From NCBI GenBank assembly GCA_036339465.1, contig JAYZAY010000012.1:1-44673 (forward strand): a stretch of 44,673 nucleotides of DNA, given 5' to 3'. The notes beneath the pieces are model-generated. The model did not search any database. It had not been told where the DNA came from and was given only the letters and a program-made list of their open reading frames with translations. The position numbers and the translations under genes are program-made. Positions 19,568-29,907 of this stretch are shown here, one piece after another (position 1 is the first letter of the stretch; each line of letters starts with the position of its first letter). The DNA comes from Myxococcota bacterium (lineage in GTDB: Bacteria > Myxococcota > XYA12-FULL-58-9 > JABJBS01).

Positions 19568-20347
19568 ATGCTCATACCCGATGTACAACTTCCCGATTCC
19601 TATCGGAAATCCCTGGAGCGAGCCCACAGCATCACCCAAGAGATTTTGGGCATTCTTGAAACAAAAGGGACTGTCCGTGAAATCGAAGGTGCCACCAACG
19701 TTTCAGAGCTTCTGGGGGCACACCATATTTTCGTCATCTCTGGCTATCTGAACCTAATGCATAAAGAGCAGAACATCGTCACTTATTCCGCAGGAGATGT
19801 GGCTTACATAGCCCCTCCTGAAAGCAACACCGAAACTGAGATCCGCGCCGACTTTGCCTCTAAGGTCCTCGCTATACCTGCGAGTGATATTGCACTCATC
19901 CTAAAAGACAATCCGACCGCATTACCCCTCTGGGTGGAGATCAATCAAATCTTCCAATCAGTCCTCACCTATACCTACGCAGTGGTAACCAGAGTCCCGC
20001 CTCGCCCCAAAAGCAAATTCCGACACTATAATACGGGCGATACCATTATTGAGGTGGGGGAAAAAGCCGATAGTGTCTTCTTCATGCTCTCGGGCGCAGC
20101 TCAAGTAATACTAGAGGGAAAGGAAGTGGGAACGATTGGCGCCGACGAGCTATTCGGCGAAATGAGCTTTCTCGCCGACACCGACCGCACAGCCACCGTC
20201 ATTGCGACCTCTAAATGTCAGGTGCAGGTGACAGCCAGACACGAATTCGAAAGCCTCGTGGAAGGCTCACCGTATCTTCTCATTGAAATCGCTCAGCGAC
20301 TTGTTAAGAGGATTTGCGAACTCGATCAAAAAATCATCCGCCTCTAA
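19568..20347 (+). CDS. Cyclic nucleotide-binding domain protein (degenerate N-terminal plus intact C-terminal cNMP domain)
   Basis: GDTIIEVGEKADSVFFMLSG...FGEMSFL....RTATVIA. No HTH is evident. AAGGAG upstream. Confidence 0.9.
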   Translation: MLIPDVQLPDSYRKSLERAHSITQEILGILETKGTVREIEGATNVSELLGAHHIFVISGYLNLMHKEQNIVTYSAGDVAYIAPPESNTETEIRADFASKVLAIPASDIALILKDNPTALPLWVEINQIFQSVLTYTYAVVTRVPPRPKSKFRHYNTGDTIIEVGEKADSVFFMLSGAAQVILEGKEVGTIGADELFGEMSFLADTDRTATVIATSKCQVQVTARHEFESLVEGSPYLLIEIAQRLVKRICELDQKIIRL

Positions 20348-20623
20348 ATCTAAAGACCGAAGAAACGTCAATCCCTTCACGTTGATGTCGGAAAATCAAT
20401 AAACCACTGTCCCCATCCCAGATCGCCCTGCAATCGATTATATTCCAAAACATACATTTTCTTGGACTTGCTGATCTTGCCAGCAAGAAATCCAAGCCCC
20501 CCCCAAAACCGAGAACGTATCGGCGATGCGATAAAGAGACCCATATTGGCACGTATCTTGAGAATATAAAAATGAGAGACAAAAGATGCACCAAGCTCCC
20601 AAAAAAACAACAACGAAAAAATC

Positions 20624-21400
20624 ATGAACAAAACCCAAATTGAGCGCTTAATGAAAATTCTGGTGATCTCCACTTGTTGTGTTGGTTCAACCGTGAACGC
20701 TCAAAATCGGACCGAAAAACAAACAACTAAACAGACACTCAGTCTACAAATCCAAAACAAGCTAATTCTTCAAGGAGAAACTCTGAGAAAGCGGGGAAAA
20801 ATCCTGTTGTGGTCGACCACGTTCGCCCCTACGGTATTGGGTGGAGTATGGGAGACGCGCAAATGATATTATACTGATGATCAATAACAGAAAAATTACC
20901 GTTCTGAATACCTACCGACAAGCAGTGGAAAAACTACCCTCAAAAAAAACAAAACAGAAATCTTGGTTTAGCGGTACAAAAATATATGTCGGCTTCAAAA
21001 TCAGAAAAGCATGACCCTCGGTGCGAGGCATTCAGCCTCAATTCCAGCTTGCCTGCCAACCGTGACCTCTGGAAAAAAACCAAGATAGTGCCAGAGGTTG
21101 GTCCTATAAAATTTCCGTACCGGGAGCACATATACACACCACGAAAACTAGCGTTTGGGGCAGAGCTTGAAAACCTTCGTCGGAAGTATTCAACAACCTG
21201 GAAACACAAACAGCGCCGAGGCGTGAAGGTCGTCGCACTTCCAAGAGACGATGCAGCCAGTCGGTTGACCCTCAAAAGAGGGGATATCATCGGGGCATTC
21301 GATAAAAAAACGTTCAGCAACGGTCAGTCTTAAATCGATCCGTTAGCCACCTAACGGTGACCATGAATTTCAGCGTAACCATCATTCGCCATGACCACAT
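20624..21400 (+). pseudogene. Decayed secreted tandem-PDZ domain protein
   Basis: Signal-like N-terminus in 20624..20866. Fragments in different frames read VVVDHVRPYGIGWSMG / NDIILMINNRKI (PDZ 1) and FGAELENL...GVKVVALPRDDAASRLTLKRGDIIGAFD (PDZ 2), followed by stops. Confidence 0.55.
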
Positions 21401-21786
21401 CAGGCAACTAATCTACAAAGCAAACCCCTACCAAGCTCAAGGGCTAAGACAGCCAACCATCAAGACCTCCCCAGAAACAACCTTGGCGCACCGCTAAAGT
21501 AAACCAAACCCAACAGCGACAAATACAAAACAATCCCGGAGAGGTCGACAAGAGTCAACTCTTCGGGATCGCCTCTTTTAGATCCGTGCCTTGGTAAGAC
21601 TTGGATAAGATTCAGCTTCGTATTTAAATTGTCGTATGGATGATTCAAAGACGTGAATCATCGGTTGGGCCAAATATTTTGGCCAACGCACAATCGAGAA
21701 GGCACCGGGAAGCTTTGGTTAGGCGAAACAGGTGAGCGAAAGGAGTGTCGACCTCCTTAAATCGCAAACCAGAGTAGGAGGAAACT

Positions 21787-22674
21787 TTGGTTACAAACAA
21801 GCAAGTGTTGATCATTGAAGACAATCGAGCAAACTGTATGATTCTAAGGGAACTCGTCGAAGACCAAGGCTTTTCTGAAATCACCACGGTTCACAATGGA
21901 CTTGACGCTATTTCATACCTAGCCAATGAAACACCTGGATTGATTTTTCTCGATATCAAAATGCCCGGCATCGACGGTTGGCTTCTGTGTGAAATAATTA
22001 GCAACGTAAAACGCTGGAAAAAAGTTCCCATCATCCTCCAAAGCGGTTTACTCGGACGAGAAAATATTAAGAAAGGGCTCTCCTTAGGCGCTCACTCCTA
22101 TATTTAAAAACCCGTCACCCCTCCGAAAATTGCAAACGTCCTAGAGCTGCTCTTCCAAGATCCCGTCCAATACCCTACCGACATACCTCCTCGGGTCACA
22201 AAAGCCCTACGCGAAATTTCAAAAACAACCCAGCAGACCTTCAATCTCGTTCTAGGAGAACAAACTCACATCACAAGTGTTCGGAAACTCAGCGATTGTC
22301 CAGCCAGTGAAATATATGATTGGACAGGAATAATTACTGCCGACGGCTGCGCAAAGCTCGAAATCAGTCTTGCTTGGAACAACGACTTCGCTAGAGAAGC
22401 ATCACTATCATTTACGGGATTCAACGAAGATGAGCTCAATGACGAATATCTCAAAGGAACCATGGATGAGCTACTCAATCTTATTTTAGGAACATCCTTT
22501 CGGGAGCTACGCAGAACCTACCCTGTAAAACTCGCTCTACCAACCTCTCAAACGAAAAGTCTAATGTCCTATGAGCAAGAGGCCGAATATCTTTATCGGG
22601 TCGATCTTAGCTCTAAAGACCGTCAATTTCCTCGCCTTATTACAATTCTTGAACCCGAAGAGTTTGATTCTTAA
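21787..22674 (+). pseudogene. Response regulator receiver domain fused to a CheX/CheC-like domain, interrupted by one in-frame TAA
   Basis: AGGAGG RBS and TTG start. REC motifs IIEDN, FLDIKMPGIDG and YI*KP, with TAA at 22105-22107. The same frame then runs without another stop to 22674 and includes MDELLNLILG (ExxN). Confidence 0.85.
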
Positions 22675-22972
22675 CTTAAGCATTTGAATTTACGAATCAT
22701 TAACAAAACGTCCCATCTCTAAGCCATCATCAATATTAGGGCTCATTTCCACTCCCAGCTCTCAACTACACCAGCAACACAGATGCATCACCCAAAGGTG
22801 GTTAATCTCAAAGAAGCATGGTCCTTGATAAATAAGCAAAGGACTTCGACAAAGAAAATTCTCGATTATTTGGCCTCGTTTCAGAGAAAAAAGGCCAGAA
22901 ACAACTCGAAAAACTATTCGCTAGGGAAGGGACTAAATTCGCTCCCATCGCAACGCTGTGGTAGATTAATTT

Positions 22973-24187
22973 GTGTCCACAGGCAGAGACCTAGATTCGA
23001 AACTGGTTTCCAACTACCAACGATTCACAAGTTCAAATAGCCAAAGCCCTAACGTGGTTGATACCAACGAAGCCATGAAACTAATCGGATATGCCAGTGC
23101 CATTGAAAGAAACCATATCCTCACCAGCACCATTCGTGACCCCATCGGCCAACAACAACTAGGGCGACTGATCCGTCAAACCGCAAGCAGCTTCAACGTC
23201 GACGCCCAAAATTCGTGACAAGTTATGTCAAAACCGGACAACCATCTAGACTCCTGTGTGAATGAAAATCGGACAAACCAACCTGGCACTGTCACTGGTT
23301 TCCCATAAAAGAAAGCGTGCCCGGTGGAACTGACCCAATCAATAATCTCTTCGCCACCGGCGGTGCCTTAGATAAATACGATCAGGTCTTTGGAACCGAA
23401 AGACGAGAATACGAGCTCACAAAAAACTTCCGGTCCTATGACTCAGATTCACCAGACGCTAATTGGGCCGGGCACTGCAACAATGCCTCAGAAGTGGCCT
23501 GCATGCTGGAAGAACCAAAATTCGGAGTAGAATATAAAGGCGTCAAATTTACAAGAAATGATATCGCAGCACTCTTGGTTAAGGTTAGCCCAAGTCTCCG
23601 AGCAAGAAACGTTGATTTCGAAGGACGCCGCTACAATGGCATTACCGACAATCCAGATGAGCCCAAACCACACGTATTCCTCGAAAAAGTCCTGAAAGGT
23701 TGGGGCGGCTAAAATGATTAACCCTATCCCATTCGTTATTGATATCGATCGTAAAAAAAAAGTTTGGAACGACCCCTATGACCAAGGGTACGTCCGTGAA
23801 CTCGCATCTCCGCCTGAAAGCTTCAACCCAATCTTAACCGGTATCGGTGGCCGGGTAGCATACTTCGAAGCGGGACTTAAAGGAACAACCTTTCATGACC
23901 AAGCGCGAATGTATCAATTTTGGATTAAGAACACTGACGATGGTTCGGTCATGAAAAGTCGCTGGATTGAAGGCGATGACTCGAAAGTAAACCCAGATTT
24001 TTCTTGGAGACCACATCCCATCGGTGACTTAACGCAAAAGGAAAACTGGGTTACCAATCGGCACCGCCAAAGTAGTCCAAACGTTAAGGCCGAAGATGTT
24101 TATGAAATCTACGTGCGATCTTTGGATAGGGGTGACGATAGCACTTGGAATCACACCAGAAGATGGTTTGGTGGTCTGTTCAGCTAA
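22973..24187 (+). pseudogene. Frameshifted transglutaminase-elicitor-like (Cys-His-Asp) protein
   Basis: PTWHCHWFP (23278), LDKYD, NWAGHCNNAS, EP..GVEYKGVKF...DIAALL and GRRYN. After a +1 shift at ~23710: PFVIDID....VWNDPY, YQFWI and W..G.....NPDFSWRP. The 5' part is broken by stops at 23216 and 23263. Confidence 0.65.
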
Positions 24188-24201
24188 TTGATTCGTGGTG
24201 A

Positions 24202-25944
24202 TTAGTTACAATCGCCACCATCATTTTGATAGGTGTTGCAGTTGAAGTAAATCCCTTTCCCCGTGCGCTCATAGGCATAGCCTTCATCACAGTATCCATC
24301 CCCGAGCCAACTTCGAGGCGCGCAGTGATTTCGGCAATCTCGTATTTCATCTGACTCACAAGCACCCCCACCACTACAGTCACCCACATCCTGATTGTGC
24401 TCCGCACAGTTAAAGTTGATGCTTTGACCATCATAAATATAACGTTCATCATCACAATATCCGTCACCCTTCCATTCCCTAGGTGCGCACGCTCCATTGC
24501 AGTCTTCGATTTCGAAGCTTTTGCAGCTACTCGAAACCGTAGTACTCGGTGGATTAGAAACAATGGTCACATTGGCATTGTTGCTCGGTGCGTTTCCGGA
24601 ACTCGATGGCCTCCCATTGGCAGACGTAGAATCTATGGGAGGAAAACAGTCAAAATGATTGCAAATCTTGGCAGGATCCGACTGGAATTTCGCGAGAGTC
24701 GCTTCGCTAATTTCCATTAAAATACAGTGAATGGCACCTGCCCACCGAATCAACTCCGTAGCATCCACCGCCACGTGATTCCAATCCGGCATCACCTGCT
24801 GCCACATTGCCACAGCTTCATCTTGGTAACGCGGGTCATCGCGATACACCGGAATAAGGTTCACACCATTGATAAATTGCGTATTGACATAGGTGCGGAA
24901 ATTATTGTCCGAATTCGCCGGCATGGGAACTCGATGGACGTTTAATTTCGACCCATTCAATAGAGTAACATTAGAAAGAATGTCGGCATTCGCGTTCAAA
25001 ATCTCAGCATTGATTTCGTCCACAGTACCCAAGCTAGAATCACCGTTTTGGCCACTGTTGTATCGACCAAGCATGATATCTTGGGGGCTCACAATCTTAG
25101 CAAACATATCGATATGGCCCGTACCCTCTCCGAAAAGTGGGTAAAGAAGGATCAACTGTTCACACCCTAAATACCGTGCAAAATAATTTCGAATTTGGTT
25201 TTCCGATGCCCCCTGGTTCATGGACAGGATAATATTGCTGGCGTAACAATTGCCCTCCCCATCACTCATGAAATTTCCCCCTTCAAAATCCACGGGCATC
25301 CTAAAATTGTTGATATTCATTTCCTCGGCTAAACCATTGGGAAAGCTATCATCGATGTATCTGCCAGGATAATAGCGTGGGTCTACAAACCCGAGCTTAC
25401 CGTTTGCAGTCACACTCAATGGGCCAAAGTCACGTATCCACAGAGTCTGGTTGGGGAGGTGAACACCCCTGATCCCATCCATGGAAATGCCACGCTGATA
25501 CATCTGATTCTTAAAATCATACCATGACCACTCACTGTCGTAGGTTACCAGGATTTCGGCACGTTCTTCCGTGTGGCGAATAATAGAAGCGACCACTTCC
25601 GCATGATTCCCCGTCCAAGAAAGAGCCAGTGCTTGTTTTTCTTCCCACTCTGCGGGCGTGCGTACATCGACACTCGCCGGAGCGGTGATGGAAAAAGTTG
25701 AAGGGCTACTGTAGCGCGGGTCGTAATAACTGTAATTAAATTCAGATTGCGACTTGGCTGCTGATACCATCGGTTTGGGATAGATCAATTGCTCTTCCTG
25801 TTCGGTCTTTGCGTCCCCCTCATCTGCACTTATCCCTTGGTCGATCAAGGTTTTATTCTCCCATTGGTTATTCGTATTGAATTCTCCGCAAGCCGCCCCT
25901 GCAAAGCCGCTCAAAAAAACCAAAAAGAGACTGGTCCGAAACAT
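24202..25944 (-). CDS. Agmatine/peptidylarginine deiminase family (PPAD-like) lipoprotein with two C-terminal Cys-rich GDGYCD repeats
   Basis: Lipobox AGAAC. Motifs PAEWE, WIRDFGP, EGGN, GHIDM and GAIHC (catalytic Cys). A Ser/Asn/Pro linker precedes two W.GDGYCD...FNC...D.GDC repeats. Confidence 0.92.
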   Translation of the reverse strand: MFRTSLFLVFLSGFAGAACGEFNTNNQWENKTLIDQGISADEGDAKTEQEEQLIYPKPMVSAAKSQSEFNYSYYDPRYSSPSTFSITAPASVDVRTPAEWEEKQALALSWTGNHAEVVASIIRHTEERAEILVTYDSEWSWYDFKNQMYQRGISMDGIRGVHLPNQTLWIRDFGPLSVTANGKLGFVDPRYYPGRYIDDSFPNGLAEEMNINNFRMPVDFEGGNFMSDGEGNCYASNIILSMNQGASENQIRNYFARYLGCEQLILLYPLFGEGTGHIDMFAKIVSPQDIMLGRYNSGQNGDSSLGTVDEINAEILNANADILSNVTLLNGSKLNVHRVPMPANSDNNFRTYVNTQFINGVNLIPVYRDDPRYQDEAVAMWQQVMPDWNHVAVDATELIRWAGAIHCILMEISEATLAKFQSDPAKICNHFDCFPPIDSTSANGRPSSSGNAPSNNANVTIVSNPPSTTVSSSCKSFEIEDCNGACAPREWKGDGYCDDERYIYDGQSINFNCAEHNQDVGDCSGGGACESDEIRDCRNHCAPRSWLGDGYCDEGYAYERTGKGIYFNCNTYQNDGGDCN

Positions 25945-26289
25945 CTAACACTCCTGCATCATCGATACGTAGTTCCAATAGAAATCTAAAAGCCTACTAT
26001 TAAAAATGGTTCCGGATGCTAGACGACACCGGACCTAGAGGGGAGAGAGAGAACGACGAAACCATGAACTCTTATGCCCCACAAGCCAGCTATACATTCA
26101 AGAACCAATTGTCACTCATAATTCCTTACTTTATTCAAACGCAGCATATAGCCGAAAAAACCGACGGAAAAACAAAAGATAGTTCGCACTCGATCCCGCT
26201 TAGGTTTCCACATCCAAATATTATTCCGCCCGCTCAAAGCCCCGACAAAAGGACTCGTTCGCGTTGATATCAATGGCCATAGATGGGTT

Positions 26290-26960
26290 AAAAGCTTAGT
26301 TGCAATGGGGCAACACCACCACGCGAATCATTGTTGACCACTTTCGCAAACCTTGACTCTTTCGATTCCGAGATTACCAAAACTTCCGGTCACCATCGCG
26401 GTAAGTGTGTGAAACCCAAATTTTCGTTCTGGGCCAGGTTAGATGAGCTCGCCAATACCATGCTCATTGGGATAATTGATTTGAATTCGCTGCGCTTTCC
26501 CATCAAAAATCTCCACCTTCACCCCCTGTGGCAAATAAAAATCATCATCAACACGCCCCAAAACATGTGCGCACAACTCCATCGCAATACTTCCCCGATC
26601 GTTTGGAGCGAGTATTCCAACTGTCGGAGCCAAATCATCTAGGGCATCAAGATGTATCATTGACCATACCCCATTGGATCCATTGCTCCATACCTTGACC
26701 TCCGCGTATCCTCCCATCTCCACGTAGGTTAAGTTTATGAGATTGGCGCATCTTCTCATCATCCTTTGCATGCCCCCACAAGCTGATAATTGGGGTATGT
26801 TTTTTACATTGAGAACTACATAGATAGTGGATATTTCCCAATAAGACATAGGTTATACGGCAAATCGATTTTATCCAATCCTCCACACCTCCACACCTAA
26901 GGTTGAATCGAACCACCATTGTGCAAGCCGCCCCCAGAGTCACCGAAAGAACCAATGCGG
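26290..26960 (-). pseudogene. Possible decayed lipoprotein gene of unknown family
   Basis: Lipobox-like LVLSVTLGAAC at ~26955 and a protein-like fragment at 26439..26849 in another frame. No family was recognised. Confidence 0.25.
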
Positions 26961-27361
26961 GGCTGAAATTTCGGGGCTAATAACACCGAAAGCTGGCCTC
27001 AGCCGCGAAGTCGACATCAGTTCGATGCGATACCTACTCCTTCACCGGAGGCCCCACAATCGGGTTATTTCGTTCAAGAAAGCAGGGACACAAAAAATAA
27101 ACAAGCATCATTTCCCGATGAACCATTCGTCGAGCTCAAAATCACTTGCGCTCAAGGCAAGGTTGCGGAAACTTTTATGTGGTTTGAAGCCATAACAATC
27201 AAGCCTTGGCACCGAGGCATCAAAAAATTATCTTGTCTTGTAGTCCTTCCATCCCCATTTGGCAAAATCGAAGAGAATACAAAAGTTGACCAAAAAAGAC
27301 CGTTACAATAGAAATAACCAAAGATTAGAAAGAGTAAGCATAGTAAGGGAAGTGGAAAACC

Positions 27362-27649
27362 ATGGCAGTAAAACTGAAAACAGCCCAAAGAGTGGCAGCC
27401 CTCAAGCAATTGGACGGCTGGAAAAAGGTGCGTGGACGCGAGGCCATTGAAAAGACCTTTGTGTTTAATGACTTTAACGAAGCCTTTGGTTGGATGACCC
27501 GTGTGGCCATGTTGGCCGAAGAGATCGGTCATCATCCGGAGTGGTCGAATGTCTATAAAACAGTCAACGTCGTACTGGCCACCCACGATGCGGGTGGTAT
27601 CACCGAACTCGATTTGAGAATGGCCCAAGCCATGAATGCTATGACTTAG
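27362..27649 (+). CDS. phhB: Pterin-4-alpha-carbinolamine dehydratase
   Basis: Motifs F.DFNEAFGWM, GHHPEWSNVY and THDAGGITELD. Confidence 0.95.
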   Translation: MAVKLKTAQRVAALKQLDGWKKVRGREAIEKTFVFNDFNEAFGWMTRVAMLAEEIGHHPEWSNVYKTVNVVLATHDAGGITELDLRMAQAMNAMT

Positions 27650-27749
27650 TTCACTCTCGTCGTTTGAATTATTCTAGGCGCCGTTACAACGAGGTTAAGC
27701 AATCTGATTGAAATGCCCCTGGTTTATTGCCTATCCCACGGCTGAAATG

Positions 27750-28660
27750 GGGTAAATGTCTGTGTGCCTATTGCTACTAAAATGCCTGGATTGCGCGATA
27801 TTCTCCGACCAAAGTAATGGTGTCTTAGGGGTTCTTTAGACAGGGCTCCAAGAATAACCCAACAAGTCACCTTAGATACATCTGTGTCGCGGTGACACAC
27901 CACGGGAATGTATGTTGTGCCTGGAGAAGTGGTCACACTTACCGTTCCACAATATCTCGTGAATACAAATTGTACCGTGCGCGTCAACAGACACGTGGAT
28001 AATATAGTAAGGCGGAGCAGCTGGAAGCGGGTTCCCCATGGAATTTCGCGAGAGTTCCTTCCAAGATGCACCCTGATGAGCCCCAACAAAGCCATGACCC
28101 TATGGTAAAATACGGTGGATAAGATGGATTACGTGGGCAACGACGAAAGCCGCCGAACCAACCTCCAACGAATCAACATGGATGTCCAAATTTAAGCCGG
28201 ACTTCTACGTGCCGGTTATCCTATACAAGGCCCCTCATCCTATGGAATTCCAATTGATTCTGAAAAGCTCCTGCAATAAGGGGAGTGGGGCTACTTGCAC
28301 AAACTGGGTCATAAAATGCTGCGGCGTCCAGACAAGGACTGGTATAGGGAAAATCCATAGACCTTTGCTGATAACACTGAAGTTACCGTCAACATCTTTG
28401 CCACCGCAGCCCAGGAACAAACGGCATCAAATCCCTCAATCGCGAGTTTGGGGTGGTGCGCCCATCCCGCAGACGTCATGTAAAAAGACCAAAAAACCGC
28501 CGCCGACGCCCATTCCTCGCAATTTGCCAATAGAAACCGACATCCATTTTTCCGTCAACTCAAAGACGAGGCCCAGGTGTTTCCAACCGTATATCCGAAA
28601 AAGAATTTCTTTTTGGTCTCACGTTTCGAAGGTATCGATAAATCGATAGGTAATAACAGA
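27750..28660 (+). pseudogene. Decayed M60-like (enhancin/TCAF) zinc metallopeptidase
   Basis: A single frame reads *HTTGMYVVPGEVVTLTVP...HVD...WKRVP...DVQI*AGLLRAGYPI...GEWGYLHKLGH...*TF..NTEVTVNIF. Stops at 27893, 28106, 28193, 28277 and 28358. HEXXH is mutated to HKLGH. Confidence 0.8.
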
Positions 28661-28675
28661 TGCTGGGCGGATGGG

Positions 28676-29635
28676 TTAGTAAAATAGGCTCTTAGCCCAA
28701 GCCTTCGCGTCCTTATAACCTTCCCAAACCCTATAAACGATACTTTTCTTAGCCAGCGTTTTAAGGTCATTTTTGAAGCCTATCGGCTGCAAACCACGAT
28801 AATCATCACTTACCAATTCGTCATTTGTTTCTGTATTGGGATAGGAAACGAAGTTTTTTCGATTGGCTTCCGTGCAATATTTCTGGGCCAAGGGGCCAAT
28901 CTCAAAACCGTCATCTGTAAACTCAGTGGCAGTGAGTCGACCATTGGGACCTCTTTGCCAAAGGTACATGCGATCGTCGAGAACCTGTTGAAAAAATGGC
29001 TTCATCTCGGCATCTGAGTATTTGATAAGGGTTTCCATCTCTTTTCGCGACAATTGGCTTCCCTTAAAAGGTCGATAATACACCCCAATATTCTTGAGGA
29101 GCATCTCTTTACTCGCATCTCTCCGATAGGCACCACTGGCAACCTTTTCGAGATTCAAACCTTCGGCTTCCAAGATGTCGTCGATTTCTCCCAACCACCA
29201 ATCCCCACCAATGCCACCGAACCGTCTAAAATGGCCATCGTCGATAAGATCTTGGTCCACCCATACTTCGGCCACGCTGGTCCCATACATTTGAGCGGTC
29301 ATGGGCGATTCAGCGAGATAAATACCATCGCCCTTCAGGTTGGCATCGTTGTCGACATACTGCATGACGTTATCAAAGGTAAGACCTCGAGACTTGATGA
29401 GGCCTTGAATCTCTTCGGTCTTGCCGTAGCGATAAAACACACGCACTTTACGGCTGGGTTGCGCCTCATTCCCCACCCCTTGGAGTCGGGAAACACCTGT
29501 GGATGTGGGCACGAAAACGTCCGCATGAGACGCAGAAAGAACCGAATCAGAACGATGATTAAAGCTTTGGGGCTCTTCGACGGGAAGCGCCGCAGTATCG
29601 GAAAATCGGGTCGCGGAGAAAATGGTGATGGGCAT
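28676..29635 (-). CDS. Hypothetical protein with an ADP-ribosyltransferase-like motif set
   Basis: AAGGA RBS before ATG 29635. Ser/Pro-rich N-terminus, then VFYRYG...KGDGIYLAESPMTAQMYG..V.EV. The CDS is well supported; the ART call is tentative. Confidence 0.65.
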   Translation of the reverse strand: MPITIFSATRFSDTAALPVEEPQSFNHRSDSVLSASHADVFVPTSTGVSRLQGVGNEAQPSRKVRVFYRYGKTEEIQGLIKSRGLTFDNVMQYVDNDANLKGDGIYLAESPMTAQMYGTSVAEVWVDQDLIDDGHFRRFGGIGGDWWLGEIDDILEAEGLNLEKVASGAYRRDASKEMLLKNIGVYYRPFKGSQLSRKEMETLIKYSDAEMKPFFQQVLDDRMYLWQRGPNGRLTATEFTDDGFEIGPLAQKYCTEANRKNFVSYPNTETNDELVSDDYRGLQPIGFKNDLKTLAKKSIVYRVWEGYKDAKAWAKSLFY

Positions 29636-29907
29636 GGTATTTCCTTGATTTGGCTTCCACTGAACTCCTGTTGAGAATAAACAAGCCATTGAGAACGGTG
29701 TAGAACGCGGTATGACGTGGAAATTATCGCAACCCGTGAAAAATGGTTGCGTTGAAAGAGAGCGAGTGGCCCTGAAACGGGTACAACCGGTCAAAGAGAA
29801 GGGAAATCAACCTTAAGTTATGCTAGAATACCCGTACCTCGACTAATTTTTTCAAGATAGCCCATACCGATTTCGATGTTCCAACAGTTCTTCTGGGAGA
29901 AAATGTC

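Noticed and set aside
20334..20673. Hydrophobic minus-strand ORFs as membrane proteins
   Set aside because: Three overlapping frames all look hydrophobic because the plus strand is A-rich. None has a clear RBS or recognisable motif.
17431..28660. Stop-codon reassignment or systematic readthrough explaining the many in-frame stops
   Set aside because: The stops are of all three types and replace different expected residues (TGA for W in WHTTG, TAA for S in DVQISAG, TAA for probable E/Q in YI.KP). They co-occur with frameshifts and catalytic missense changes. Intact genes end normally in TAA, TAG and TGA.
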